The position numbers were made by a program, and so were the translations under genes. Below the pieces are notes generated by a model. It had not been told where the DNA came from. It was given only the letters and a program-made list of their open reading frames with translations, and did no database searches. DNA of 64,000 bases from an uncultured Anaerolinea sp. (GTDB taxonomy: Bacteria; Chloroflexota; Anaerolineae; Anaerolineales; Anaerolineaceae). Below, one piece after another: positions 28,605-38,814 of this stretch. Position 1 is the stretch's first letter, and every line of letters begins with the position of its first letter. Where the stretch lies: assembly GCA_964474095.1 (NCBI GenBank), contig CAYYRU010000004.1, positions 14,859 to 78,858 on the forward strand. Reading direction: 5' to 3'.

Positions 28605-30230
28605 ATGCAGCATAAACCCTGGTTGAAACATTATGATGAGGGAGTTCCAGCGAGTTTGGAATACCCCTCCATCAGTATCCATTATTTATTAATGCACCAA
28701 TCCCAGAAATACCCGAATCGGATTGCTCTAATTGAGGATGATAAGCAGATCACATATTCTGATCTATATTATCAAGCCCAGGGGTTTTCATTATCCCTTA
28801 TTCAAAAAGGGTTGAAACCAGGAGACAGGGTAGGAATTTGCCTTCCGAATGGGATTAAATTCGTGATTTCGTTTTACGGCACATTGATGGCAGGCGGTAT
28901 TGTTGCGGCGATGAATCCTAATTATCCGCTACCAGAATGGGTTTCTCAAGCCACCATTTCCAAACCCTCCATACTAATCGGACTGTGCAAACGAGAGAAC
29001 GATCTATTTGAACTTAAGAGGCAATGTGGTTGTAATTGCATCATTCTCGTAGAGGATTCACCTGATAGAGCTTCAGGTTTGGACTTAATTGAAGTAGAGT
29101 TTGATGACCTTTCTTTATCCAAACACTGGTTCCCATCAACCAGGCCTGATACTCCTGCAGTCATCCAATTCAGTGGGGGAACAACCGGAACACCCAAGGC
29201 TGCTTTGGCATCTCACCATAACGTAATTGCCAATGTCATCCAGTTCAAGACCTGGTTGACTACCATGCGCGACGGTCAGGAGGTTTTTCTGACGCTCATT
29301 CCGCTTTATCACGTGTACGGCATGGTCATCGGTTTAAACGTGGGAGTGGCGATGGGCGCGACGATCATCCTGGTTCCTGACGCTCGAGATTTGGAGAAGG
29401 TTCTTGAGTTGGTACCGAAATATGGGGTCACTTGCCTGCCGGGTGTACCATCCCTGTACCATTCCATCAACCACCATCCGCAAGTATTGGCAGGAAAGAT
29501 CAATTTGCGTTCCATAAAAGCCTGTATCTCGGGGTCAGCACCATTACCTCTTGAGACTCGCGAAAGATTCGAAGCGCTGACTGGCGGAAAACTGGTGGAG
29601 GGATACGGTCTCTCAGAAGCGCCCACCGCCACACACTGCAATCCTATCCAGGGAGAGAACCGCTCAGGCTCGATTGGGCTGCCCTTGCCTGACGTGGATT
29701 GCAGGATCGTAGATTTGGAAAATGATCAACTAGACTTGGAACAAGGTCAAGAAGGTGAGCTGTTGATCCGCAGCCCTCAATTGATGCGGGAATATTATGG
29801 GGCGCCCGAAGAAACGGCATTGGCCTTGAAGGACGGATGGCTGCACACAGGTGACATCGGCAGAATGGATAAAGAGGGTTATTTCTACCTGGTGGGTCGG
29901 AAAAAGGAATTAATCAAGGTGAACGGTTTGCAGGTTTGGCCGCTTGAAGTGGAAAAGGTGCTCTTGAAGTTTCCTGGCGTGAAAGAAGCGGCAGCAGCCG
30001 GTGTGCCCGATGAAGATAGCGGAGAGACCGTCAAAGCCTGGTTGGTGATGGAAAAAGAAGTAAATCTGGATGTTCAGCACTTAAAAGAATTTTGCAAGGG
30101 TTTCCTGGCTGGTTATAAAATTCCAAAATCCTTTGAATTGGTTGCCAGTCTGCCAAAATCACCTGTCGGCAAACTCCTGCGCAGAGAATTACAACGTCTG
30201 GATCGAGAGAAAATGAAACCGGAAGCTTGA
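28605..30230 (+). CDS. long-chain fatty acid-CoA ligase (AMP-binding family)
   Basis: IQFSGGTTGTPKAA AMP-binding motif, EGYGLSE, GWLHTGD, PKSPVGK. ATG at 28605 chosen over 28560. Confidence 0.85.
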   Translation: MQHKPWLKHYDEGVPASLEYPSISIHYLLMHQSQKYPNRIALIEDDKQITYSDLYYQAQGFSLSLIQKGLKPGDRVGICLPNGIKFVISFYGTLMAGGIVAAMNPNYPLPEWVSQATISKPSILIGLCKRENDLFELKRQCGCNCIILVEDSPDRASGLDLIEVEFDDLSLSKHWFPSTRPDTPAVIQFSGGTTGTPKAALASHHNVIANVIQFKTWLTTMRDGQEVFLTLIPLYHVYGMVIGLNVGVAMGATIILVPDARDLEKVLELVPKYGVTCLPGVPSLYHSINHHPQVLAGKINLRSIKACISGSAPLPLETRERFEALTGGKLVEGYGLSEAPTATHCNPIQGENRSGSIGLPLPDVDCRIVDLENDQLDLEQGQEGELLIRSPQLMREYYGAPEETALALKDGWLHTGDIGRMDKEGYFYLVGRKKELIKVNGLQVWPLEVEKVLLKFPGVKEAAAAGVPDEDSGETVKAWLVMEKEVNLDVQHLKEFCKGFLAGYKIPKSFELVASLPKSPVGKLLRRELQRLDREKMKPEA

Positions 30231-30241
30231 GGCTTCCGGTT
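30217..30241. terminator. bidirectional hairpin between convergent acyl-CoA ligase gene and ftsH
   Basis: AACCGGAAGC / TTGAG / GCTTCCGGTT, a perfect 10-bp stem that includes the ligase stop codon. Confidence 0.6.
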
Positions 30242-30246
30242 GGTTG

Positions 30247-32130
30247 TTATTTATTGGCATATGCTGGTGTGGCATTCTTGTGCGGCACTGGGGGAGGGAA
30301 TATCTTTTCAAATTCCTCTTTGGAGAGGGTTTCCACTTCCAGTAACTTCTGAGCCACAGCATCCAACTCGGCGCGGTACTTGGTAAGGATCGCGCGAGCG
30401 TCATTGTAGGCTTGATTGACCAAACTGCGTACTTCCTTGTCGATCTTCTCCGCAACCGATTCAGAATAGTCGCGCTGCTCTGAAATCTCGCGTCCGAGGA
30501 AGATCATCTCTTCTTTTTGGCCGTAGACCATTGGTCCCAATTCAGTGCTCATGCCCAGGCGGGTAACCATGGTTTTGGCAAGTTGAGTGACGCGTTCGAT
30601 GTCATTGGAGGCGCCAGAGGTGATATCGTCAAAAACGATCTCCTCAGCGGCTCTACCACCCAGCAAACCGACCATATCTGCCACCATCTTCTTGCGCGGC
30701 ATCAAAGTGCGGTCATCAATTGGCAAGGCCAGCGTATAGCCTGCGGCCATTCCGCGTGCGATAATCGAGACTTTTTGCACCGGATCGGCTTCTGGGAGTG
30801 CGTTCATCACCACGGCATGACCGGCTTCGTGATAAGCGACGATGCGTTTTTCTTCGGCACTGATCAGGCGGCTCTTACGTTCGGGGCCGGCGATGACGCG
30901 CTCGATGGATTCTTCAAACTCACTCTGACCGATGCTCTTCTTGTTGCGGCGGGCGGCCAAGATGGCGGCTTCATTCACCAGGTTCTCAATATCGGCACCC
31001 ACAAAACCGGGGGTGGATTTGGCAACGGTGGATAAACCGACCTCAGGATCAACAGGTTTGCCCTTGATGTGAACTTTCAGGATCTCTTCGCGTCCGCGAA
31101 CGTCAGGTCGGTCTAATACGACACGTCGGTCAAAGCGACCTGGGCGCAGCAGGGCTGGGTCGAGAATATCAGGGCGGTTGGTAGCTGCCATGATGATGAT
31201 GTTGGTATCGGTGTCAAAACCATCCATCTCAACCAACATTTGATTGAGGGTTTGTTCACGCTCATCGTGGCTTCCACCCAGGCCAGCTCCGCGTTGGCGG
31301 CCGACGGCATCAATTTCGTCCACAAAGACAATGCAAGGAGAATTTCGTTTCGCTTGATCAAACAGGTCGCGTACGCGGCTGGCGCCAACACCTACGAACA
31401 TCTCCACAAATTCAGAACCCGAGATCGAGAAGAAGGGCACACCAGCTTCGCCGGATACGGCTTTTGCCAGAAGAGTCTTGCCTGTTCCTGGGGGGCCAAC
31501 CAGCAGCACACCCTTGGGAATGCGGGCGCCAAGCGCCAGGAATTTCTGCGGTTCTCGCAAGAACTCGACCACTTCCTTCAATTCTTCTTTGGATTCATCA
31601 ATTCCGGCGACGTCCGCAAAGGTCACGCTGGGATGGTCACCCGTAAACATGCGGGCGCGTGATTTACCGAAGGACATGGCGGCATTGTTGCTGCCTTGTG
31701 CTTGTCGGAAAATGAAGAAGAAAGCGCCACCCAACAACAAGAAGGGCAGGATGTAAAACAAAGCATTTAATATCCCTGCAAAAGCACTGGGGGGTTTCAC
31801 TTCAATTTTCACGGCACTGGAAGAGAGTTTATCGGGAGTAACGCCCAGTGCCAGCAATTGATTGACCAAGGTGGTCTCAGTTTCTTTGGTGGCAGTTTTG
31901 GGGTTTAGCCCTTCTGGATAATATACCGTTAATTTGTTTTCTTCTTCCACCACTCTGGTCACCTTGCCGTCTTGAATTTCTTCAGCAAGTTCGTTGATCG
32001 AGAGCACGTTATCAGCGGCATTGTTCTTGTTCAAGTTGAACACGATCAATACGATGATACCGATGAAGAGTAAAACATAGAGTATGTAAGATTGACTTCG
32101 TGGTTTCACTATTCCTCCGAATTGCATCAT
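30247..32130 (-). CDS. ftsH: ATP-dependent zinc metalloprotease FtsH
   Basis: [14 protein letters not shown], second region of homology, HEAGH zinc motif, two N-terminal TM helices. Confidence 0.95.
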   Translation of the reverse strand: MMQFGGIVKPRSQSYILYVLLFIGIIVLIVFNLNKNNAADNVLSINELAEEIQDGKVTRVVEEENKLTVYYPEGLNPKTATKETETTLVNQLLALGVTPDKLSSSAVKIEVKPPSAFAGILNALFYILPFLLLGGAFFFIFRQAQGSNNAAMSFGKSRARMFTGDHPSVTFADVAGIDESKEELKEVVEFLREPQKFLALGARIPKGVLLVGPPGTGKTLLAKAVSGEAGVPFFSISGSEFVEMFVGVGASRVRDLFDQAKRNSPCIVFVDEIDAVGRQRGAGLGGSHDEREQTLNQMLVEMDGFDTDTNIIIMAATNRPDILDPALLRPGRFDRRVVLDRPDVRGREEILKVHIKGKPVDPEVGLSTVAKSTPGFVGADIENLVNEAAILAARRNKKSIGQSEFEESIERVIAGPERKSRLISAEEKRIVAYHEAGHAVVMNALPEADPVQKVSIIARGMAAGYTLALPIDDRTLMPRKKMVADMVGLLGGRAAEEIVFDDITSGASNDIERVTQLAKTMVTRLGMSTELGPMVYGQKEEMIFLGREISEQRDYSESVAEKIDKEVRSLVNQAYNDARAILTKYRAELDAVAQKLLEVETLSKEEFEKIFPPPVPHKNATPAYANK

Positions 32131-32248
32131 ACCTGTAATGCAATTTTCATTTGAAAGGATTATACCAACCTAAAGAGAGGGATACCAGACAAAAATCAAG
32201 GTTTTTCCAAAGATTAATAAACCTCTTATAGGCAAATGATTGATTCGT

Positions 32249-33451
32249 TCAGCCCTTTATTAATGCCTGATGTATTTGCCGTATGTGATCCATGTCATGG
32301 TGGGCGATGAACCTGGCGATTTCTTCCAGATTGGTTGGTCCAAAGATGGTGTGTTGGGCGGGACGTTTCCATTGTTCAGGCGACAGACTTCTCAGCAGAG
32401 TGAGGAATTGCAGCCTTTGGCCAGTGAACTCAGTAAGTACTTGTGAATTTCGGGTATTTTGATAATCCCGTAAATTTATCCAAACATCACTGTCAAAACC
32501 GATGAGGGTTGGATTGACCTGATTTAAAATCGTTTGAATACGGGGGAAGTTGATCTCTTTTTCAACATCCAGCAAATGACTGACCAACTCGAGAATGCTC
32601 ATTTCTTGTGCCAGCTTTTTTGCCTTCCAAGAGCTTTCATCCAACCGGCCAAGCAATGTGTTGAGAACAGCGGGTGTGGAGGTCAAAACCGCCATAATCG
32701 CTGAAGGATCACAAAGTGTATATGGCTGATGATCATTATCAATGCCTGACAACCATGCGCTTGCGTCCCAAAGCGATCCTGCACTCGTACGGAGGTCTGT
32801 ATTCTCAGGCAGCGATTCTTTGTCATGATCCACCCAAAAAGCGGGGATTCCAAGCGTCGAGGGTGGGAGAATATCCTCATTGAGACTGTTGCCGACCATC
32901 CCTACCGCGTGCAGCGGCCAACCCAGACGACCAAGGATTTCGGCATAATAAGCTGCTCTCGGTTTGGCAAAATGCATGCTCTCATAAGCCGTCACAAAGT
33001 TGAAAGGAGAATTGTCTCTGGGAAAACCCGCCCAGGCCAAGCGGTTTTCCATGGCGATCAGCGGAAAGAGGGGGTTGGTGGCCACAACGATCTGCCAACC
33101 ATTGCTCTGTGCTTGCTTGACCAGTTCCAGTGCTTCGGGGCGCATCGAGGTTACGCTTTGAAGTTGATTGAAATCACGCGAATAGAAATCCAAAAGATGC
33201 GGCTCAAGATCGACTTTGTTCAATCCAAGATTTGGATAAAAAGAGGCGTCAAAGGTTTCTTCGAGGGTCTGGATGGGTGATACGTTGTTCAGCATTTGGT
33301 CTGTGGCGGCCAACAGTTGGGGAACCATAATATCTGGATTTACGAAAGGAGCTAGCTTTTGTGATAATAATTTCAGATAAGCTGGCATAAAGCTGTCAAA
33401 TGGGTTTAACAGCAGGGTGTCATCCAGGTCGATCAATAAAGTTTTGGTCAT
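32249..33451 (-). CDS. HAD-family hydrolase fused to DinB-like (four-helix, His-triad) domain
   Basis: LIDLDDTLL HAD motif I and VGNSLNED motif IV region in the N-terminal ~230 aa. The C-terminal ~150 aa carry SHLLDVE and HHDMDHIRQI, typical of DinB_2. Confidence 0.7.
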   Translation of the reverse strand: MTKTLLIDLDDTLLLNPFDSFMPAYLKLLSQKLAPFVNPDIMVPQLLAATDQMLNNVSPIQTLEETFDASFYPNLGLNKVDLEPHLLDFYSRDFNQLQSVTSMRPEALELVKQAQSNGWQIVVATNPLFPLIAMENRLAWAGFPRDNSPFNFVTAYESMHFAKPRAAYYAEILGRLGWPLHAVGMVGNSLNEDILPPSTLGIPAFWVDHDKESLPENTDLRTSAGSLWDASAWLSGIDNDHQPYTLCDPSAIMAVLTSTPAVLNTLLGRLDESSWKAKKLAQEMSILELVSHLLDVEKEINFPRIQTILNQVNPTLIGFDSDVWINLRDYQNTRNSQVLTEFTGQRLQFLTLLRSLSPEQWKRPAQHTIFGPTNLEEIARFIAHHDMDHIRQIHQALIKG

Positions 33452-33452
33452 C

Positions 33453-33779
33453 TCAATGTGAATTTTTGATTAGTGGTAGATCTTGGTGGCAAAGCTCGCA
33501 GCCTAATGCGGGAACTTTGACTTCAGATTGTGATTTCGAGCAATAAGCTGTTACCTCAACGTGCGGTTTGGATAGAAATCCCTTTTTGATGGTGGCATAC
33601 AGGCTCATATTCTCACAGTTGTTCGAGCGGGTGATGGCAGGTACAGGGCAGCTTTTACACAACTCAACCTTCCATTGTTGAGAGGCCGTGTTTACGATCA
33701 AACGGCATTCTTCGCGGCTTCGGCCGCGATAGTAATCACCGTAAAAATGGGGGCAGTCGAATCCAAATGGCGTACGCAT
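33453..33779 (-). CDS. Cys-rich hypothetical protein (108 aa)
   Basis: 8 Cys including two CxxC pairs (CKSC, CELC). 1-nt gap to the downstream HAD-DinB gene. No motif recognised. Confidence 0.5.
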   Translation of the reverse strand: MRTPFGFDCPHFYGDYYRGRSREECRLIVNTASQQWKVELCKSCPVPAITRSNNCENMSLYATIKKGFLSKPHVEVTAYCSKSQSEVKVPALGCELCHQDLPLIKNSH

Positions 33780-33797
33780 GCAAATTCCTTTTAATAA

Positions 33798-33820
33798 ACT
33801 GTCCCCATTAAGGGGACAGT
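33798..33820 (-). terminator. hairpin downstream of efp
   Basis: ACTGTCCCC / ATTAA / GGGGACAGT between the efp stop (33840) and the next start (33779). Confidence 0.5.
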
Positions 33821-33839
33821 CTTCGTTTGGATTGGTTCA

Positions 33840-34397
33840 CTAAACCCTGGTAACGTACTCGCCGGTTCTGGTATCCACCCGGATGGTATCGTTGGTGGAG
33901 ACGAAATAAGGGGTGGCCACTTCAAGGCCAGTTTCAGTGGTGACTTTTTTGGTCACCCCGGTGGCGGTATCGCCGCGGACGGCTTGTTCCGCGTAGGTTA
34001 CCTTCAGGTCAACTGTGGTGGGAAGTTCGATGTCGATCGGCTCACTGTTAAAGAAGGTGAGTTTAACTTCCATTTCTGGTTTGAGATAACCTGCATAATC
34101 ACCAATCACAGAGGCCGGGATGGCAGGTTGTTCAAAAGTTTCGAGATCCATGAAGAAATACAGCTCACCGTCGTTGTAAAGATATTGCACATTATGGAAG
34201 TCCAGTCTGACATCCTGAATGCGCTCTCCAGAGGTGAAGGTCTTTTCGAGGGTGTTCCCTTTGCGAAGATCGCGAGCTTTAATACGGATGGTGGCGTTTC
34301 CGCGGCCAGGTTTACTGAAGGAATACTCCAGCACCTTGTACAGGTACCCGTCCATCTCAAAAACCACCCCTTTACGCAGATCATTTACATCGATCAT
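33840..34397 (-). CDS. efp: elongation factor P
   Basis: 185 aa, MIDVNDLRKG...YLYKVLEY...KPGRGNA loop, KVTYAEQAVRGDTATG. Confidence 0.95.
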   Translation of the reverse strand: MIDVNDLRKGVVFEMDGYLYKVLEYSFSKPGRGNATIRIKARDLRKGNTLEKTFTSGERIQDVRLDFHNVQYLYNDGELYFFMDLETFEQPAIPASVIGDYAGYLKPEMEVKLTFFNSEPIDIELPTTVDLKVTYAEQAVRGDTATGVTKKVTTETGLEVATPYFVSTNDTIRVDTRTGEYVTRV

Positions 34398-34498
34398 AGA
34401 ATCTTAACCTTTCAATCTTGAATATTTAACAGATGAATTATAGCGCAGGCATTATAGGCTGGCAAGTAAAATTGCACCTTACAGAAGCTTTATAAAAA

Positions 34499-35302
34499 TT
34501 ACTTTGGGCTTGACTTTCGACCAAGTAATAGCGGCCCCACCAGATCCAATGCCCACGAAAAAAACACTTCTAATAGCGGTGAAAAGACCTGGTACCAAGG
34601 GATATAGACCACCTTGCGTGGGTGCAATATCACGCGGTATATGCCTTTTGCCACGTCCTCCGCGGATGTGGCCATTTTTTCGGCTGGAACATTTCCGCCA
34701 TTTACATGACTTCTGGCAGCGTCAAAAAACTCAGTCTTTATTGGTCCAAGTCGCAAAACGGAAACAGTCACACCACTTCCGCGAAATTCTCGATAAAGAC
34801 TGGTTGTAAACGCATCCATAAATGCCTTGGACGAGGAATATAAGGCGACGCCCTGCTCAGGTAATTTACCCACCACGGATCCTACGTTGATGATATGGCC
34901 ATAGCCTTTGTTAAGGAAGGTGGGGATAAAGAGATGGGTTAAGTGGGCAACGGCTTCGACGTTGGTGGCGATCAGATCCCGGCCTGTTTTCCAATCCATG
35001 CTTTCATAATGACCATACCATCCAAAACCGGCATTATTGATCAGAATATCCGGCATTAAGTTCTTAGTTTGAAGCGTGGAAAACAAAGCCACCCGATCTT
35101 GTTCTATTGAGAGATCGCAGGCAAAGTAATGGGCAATGCCACCTTTCTGCGAGATCTTCTCAGCCAGAGATATCAGTTTTTCCACCCTGCGGGCTACCAA
35201 GATTACCACAAACCCTTTTGTTGAAAGGTACTCGGCGCTAATTGCGCCAATACCGCTGGATGCGCCAGTGATGAGCACGATTTTGGCTTGATCAGATCTC
35301 AT
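34499..35302 (-). CDS. short-chain dehydrogenase/reductase (classical SDR)
   Basis: TGASSGIG, NNAG, YSSSK catalytic motif. Confidence 0.85.
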   Translation of the reverse strand: MRSDQAKIVLITGASSGIGAISAEYLSTKGFVVILVARRVEKLISLAEKISQKGGIAHYFACDLSIEQDRVALFSTLQTKNLMPDILINNAGFGWYGHYESMDWKTGRDLIATNVEAVAHLTHLFIPTFLNKGYGHIINVGSVVGKLPEQGVALYSSSKAFMDAFTTSLYREFRGSGVTVSVLRLGPIKTEFFDAARSHVNGGNVPAEKMATSAEDVAKGIYRVILHPRKVVYIPWYQVFSPLLEVFFSWALDLVGPLLLGRKSSPK

Positions 35303-35317
35303 AATGTTGAGTTATGC

Positions 35318-36316
35318 CTATTTTTTTGCGCTGCGAGGTTTTAACTGTTGTTTCCACCAATTTACAGTATCTTTAATCGATTCCCGAAGAGATCTGGGGT
35401 TATAACCCAATACGCTGCGTGCTTTGAAGTTACTGATCACTGCGTTGGCATGTAAAGTCTCAATGCTATAGGTGGTAAAGCGCGGTTTCGAATGGGTTTT
35501 CCGATAGTAGGATTGGGTGAATTTGGCCACAAACGAGGCCAATTTAACGGGTATATTGATAAAGAAGGAGGATTTGATGGAGACCAATTCTTTGACGAGA
35601 CGCCATAGATCAGCCACTCTGATCAATTGACCTGAAAGAATGTAGACTTGTCCGACCTTGCCTTTTTGCCTGGCCAGGATCATACCTTGAACCACGTCAC
35701 GCACATCTACAAAGTCGTAATTGCCTTCGATCAAGAAGTTTACCTTGTGATCCATCCATTCCTTGATGAGTGTGCCCATTTCAGAACCTTTAAAATCGTA
35801 AGGGCCGATGACGCCAGTGGGGCAGACTACTACTGCTGCCAGCCCATTCTTGGCGGCAGTAAGTACGGCTAATGTGGCCTCCGCTTTGGATTGATCATAG
35901 GCAGCAATGGCGGCATCCGGGTCGATGGGCACGTTTTCATCTACCACAACCCCGTGAGGGATGCGTTTAAATGCATGAATTGAACTGGTATGAATGAATT
36001 TTTTTACTTTGGCATTTTGAGCGGCTTCCAACATATTGACTGTACCGTTAACGTTCACTTCATGCACAATATCATCTTTTCCAGGCATGATCGAGATAAT
36101 GCCGGCCAGGTGAAAAACAGTCTCCACGCCATCAAATGCAGAAACCAAAGTGGTTTTGTCGAGCACATTTCCTTTGAAAACCTCAATATCCAACCCCTCA
36201 AGCGGACTCAAGTCTTCGTCCGGTAGAACCAGAACCCTAACCTTTTCACCTCGTTTTACCAACTCTTTTACCAATACGTTTCCAATATGGCCGGTCGCAC
36301 CCGTAACCAGATTCAT
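35318..36316 (-). CDS. NAD-dependent epimerase/dehydratase family protein (extended SDR)
   Basis: VTGATGHIGNVLV Rossmann motif, YDQSK catalytic YxxxK, 332 aa. Confidence 0.8.
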   Translation of the reverse strand: MNLVTGATGHIGNVLVKELVKRGEKVRVLVLPDEDLSPLEGLDIEVFKGNVLDKTTLVSAFDGVETVFHLAGIISIMPGKDDIVHEVNVNGTVNMLEAAQNAKVKKFIHTSSIHAFKRIPHGVVVDENVPIDPDAAIAAYDQSKAEATLAVLTAAKNGLAAVVVCPTGVIGPYDFKGSEMGTLIKEWMDHKVNFLIEGNYDFVDVRDVVQGMILARQKGKVGQVYILSGQLIRVADLWRLVKELVSIKSSFFINIPVKLASFVAKFTQSYYRKTHSKPRFTTYSIETLHANAVISNFKARSVLGYNPRSLRESIKDTVNWWKQQLKPRSAKK

Positions 36317-36423
36317 ATTATCTCCTCCAGACTAAAGATTAATACACATTGATTTTATAAATACAGATGATCATTCATGGGTATCTAAAGTTAGATTTAT
36401 AGTCATACCTAAGATAGATTAAT

Positions 36424-36448
36424 TGAGCCGGACAAATCGTCCGGCTCA
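36424..36448 (-). terminator. hairpin downstream of hpf
   Basis: TGAGCCGGAC / AAATC / GTCCGGCTCA, a perfect 10-bp stem 25 nt past the hpf stop. The U-tract on the minus strand is weak. Confidence 0.45.
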
Positions 36449-36472
36449 TTAGATGATTTTTGGATATAGGGA

Positions 36473-37033
36473 TCAGCCAATTCTTGGTTCGATCAATCCG
36501 AGGTTGCCATCGCGGCGTTTGTAGAGCACGTTGATTGAATTTGTTGTCACATTGTAGAAAATGAAGAAGTCTTCATGGGCTACCAGTGCCATTTGTTCAA
36601 CGGCTTCATTTTCATCCATGGGGATCAAAGTGAAGGATTTTCTCCTTACGATGGCTGTTTTGGGTTCTTCTGAAATCTCAGTTGGAGGCACGGTGACTTC
36701 TGAAGCAGAAACTCCATCACCGCGACCGCGAGCGCGTTTTCCTTTGAATCTTTCTATCTGACGTTGCATCTTGTCGGTCGCATTGTCGATGGCGGTCAGC
36801 ATATCTGCGTTTCTTTCTTCAGTTCTTAAGATAAAACCTTTTCCGGTCAGAGTGATCTGGCATACTTCGCGATCTGAACGATTACGGGCTGTTTTGGCAA
36901 ATGACAGGTCGAATTTCATCGTTTCGATGGCTGGCAGAAGCCTTTCAAGGCGGGGTGTTTTCTTATCGATGTAATCTTTGATCCGGTCTGTCAACTCCAT
37001 ATTCTTTACCGTTATTTCTAATTTTTGTTCCAT
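36473..37033 (-). CDS. hpf: ribosome hibernation promoting factor, long form
   Basis: N-terminal S30AE/YfiA domain (ITVKNMELTDRIKDYI) plus a C-terminal dimerisation domain. ATG at 37033 with AAGGAGG RBS. Confidence 0.9.
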   Translation of the reverse strand: MEQKLEITVKNMELTDRIKDYIDKKTPRLERLLPAIETMKFDLSFAKTARNRSDREVCQITLTGKGFILRTEERNADMLTAIDNATDKMQRQIERFKGKRARGRGDGVSASEVTVPPTEISEEPKTAIVRRKSFTLIPMDENEAVEQMALVAHEDFFIFYNVTTNSINVLYKRRDGNLGLIEPRIG

Positions 37034-37078
37034 TGTATCCTCCTTGAAAAGAATTTGAATTGGATCCAAATCTCGATA

Positions 37079-37771
37079 TCACTTAGGGTGATGGAGCAGG
37101 GTTCTTGCGACTGAAAGGCAATAAACTTGATCTGCTCCGGCATTTTTTATGGTTTTGGAGCAGTTATGCATGGTAGCTCCTGTGGTGATCACATCATCGA
37201 TCAATAAAACCTTCCTTTTGTTTAGTTTAGCAGGATTTGCATAAAAAGCATCATTCAAATTCGTAAATCTTTTGTTAACATCCAGTGAAACCTGAGTTTC
37301 AGTTTCTTTGATTCTTCTGACAGCGTTGTTGGAGTGGGGAAGATCAAGCTCAAGCGCTATATTAGTGGAGATCAATGCAGCCTGGTTATAACCACGCTGA
37401 CGTTTCCGAAATCGGCTCAACGGAATAGGGATGACGATATCAATTGGCCAGTTATTCTTTGTGATGATCTCAATTAAAGGTTTTGCAAGAATGGCTCCAA
37501 GAGCCAGATTCTTTTTGTATTTAAGGGAGTGCACAGCTTCTCTTACAATACCAGCATAGACAGCCCAGGAGCGCATGTGATCATAAAATGGCTCAATCTG
37601 ACTGCAGTTTTCACAAAACAATTGGTTCTTCTTAACCGGATATCCGCATTTTTTGCATTGGTATTGATTGAGCACATCGATCTCTGCCAGGCAGGCATCA
37701 CACAAAACAAATCCCCGCGTGTCACAGTTGCAACAGCGCGGGGGATAAAGCCAGTCAAGTGCATTCCACAT
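37079..37771 (-). CDS. comF: ComF-family protein (phosphoribosyltransferase domain with N-terminal zinc fingers)
   Basis: CCNCDTRGFVLCDAC, CKKCGYP, CENC zinc-finger cysteines. LLIDDVITTGAT PRTase motif. ATG at 37771 preferred. Confidence 0.8.
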   Translation of the reverse strand: MWNALDWLYPPRCCNCDTRGFVLCDACLAEIDVLNQYQCKKCGYPVKKNQLFCENCSQIEPFYDHMRSWAVYAGIVREAVHSLKYKKNLALGAILAKPLIEIITKNNWPIDIVIPIPLSRFRKRQRGYNQAALISTNIALELDLPHSNNAVRRIKETETQVSLDVNKRFTNLNDAFYANPAKLNKRKVLLIDDVITTGATMHNCSKTIKNAGADQVYCLSVARTLLHHPK

Positions 37772-37850
37772 GAAAGTGGCGAGAGTTTTCTTGAATTTCC
37801 TGGTGTGGGAAAGCACGACCATCCTGCCTGCATACCTCCCGATGAAGTAA

Positions 37851-38798
37851 TTATAATCCGCCTAAGACTCCTGATTGAATCACTGTCAAGATCGCGGGTA
37901 CGAATAAGATGATCAATAAAGAGGGAAAGATCAACAATGCCATGGGGATAAGCATTTTGATCGGAGCTTTATGAGCATCTTCTTCCGCCATCTGGCGGCG
38001 TTTCACGCGCATCTGGTCAGATTGGATGCGCAAGACTTTTGCCATGCTGACGCCCAATTGTTCACTTTGTATGACGGCAGCCACAAAACTGGTCATCTCT
38101 GGAATCCCAACGTTATCCGCCATGCCTTTTAAAGCTTCTCGCCTTAACTTTCCCAACTGAATTTCCTGGATTACGCGTTGAAAAGCTTTGGATAATTCTG
38201 ACTCCCACTTCTCTGTCACTTTGGATAAAGCTGAATCGAAACCGAGACCCGCTTCAACACAAATGGTCAGTAGATCAAGTGCGTCTGGCATGGCCCGCCG
38301 AATATTCTTTTGCCTTTTTGTGATCTTTCTTGAAAGCTGATACTGCGGCATAAAAAAACCAACCAGGGTAAAAACCAAAGTAAGCAGAAAAACCTGTCCG
38401 CCGGGGAAGGTCTTGGCAATCAACAGTAGAAATAGGAGTAGAACACCTCCAAAGATCACTGCGGTGATAAATTGCTGAGCCAGGAACATGGTTGGGTCCA
38501 TACGGGATGGGCTGCCCGAAAGTTCTATTTTTCGAGAGATATTATTTAGCCAGTTCTGAGGAGTGAATTTGACTGTAAACTCCCCCAGTTTTCTGGCAAG
38601 GGGATAGATCACCCTTTCTGTAAAGGGCTGAGACATTTCCAGTTTCTCAAGGTTGATCTGTTCGCCAGTGCGGCTGAATTCTTCCAGACGTTCCTGTAGC
38701 AATTTATCATTAACAGTCTGAGGATTCCGCAGCCCAATCACAACCAAAACCACGGCAACGGCCAGGATCAAACCTATCAAAATGAGTGTCGGAATCAT
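37851..38798 (-). CDS. tadC: Tad pilus inner-membrane platform protein (T2SSF family)
   Basis: T2SSF domain texture, multiple TM helices, position after tadB. Confidence 0.85.
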   Translation of the reverse strand: MIPTLILIGLILAVAVVLVVIGLRNPQTVNDKLLQERLEEFSRTGEQINLEKLEMSQPFTERVIYPLARKLGEFTVKFTPQNWLNNISRKIELSGSPSRMDPTMFLAQQFITAVIFGGVLLLFLLLIAKTFPGGQVFLLTLVFTLVGFFMPQYQLSRKITKRQKNIRRAMPDALDLLTICVEAGLGFDSALSKVTEKWESELSKAFQRVIQEIQLGKLRREALKGMADNVGIPEMTSFVAAVIQSEQLGVSMAKVLRIQSDQMRVKRRQMAEEDAHKAPIKMLIPMALLIFPSLLIILFVPAILTVIQSGVLGGL

Positions 38799-38814
38799 TA
38801 ATCCATCTCCAACT

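Noticed and set aside
30517-31035. 172-aa ORF antisense to ftsH
   Set aside because: It is antisense to the most conserved AAA+ region of ftsH, which is a typical stop-codon-poor antisense frame.
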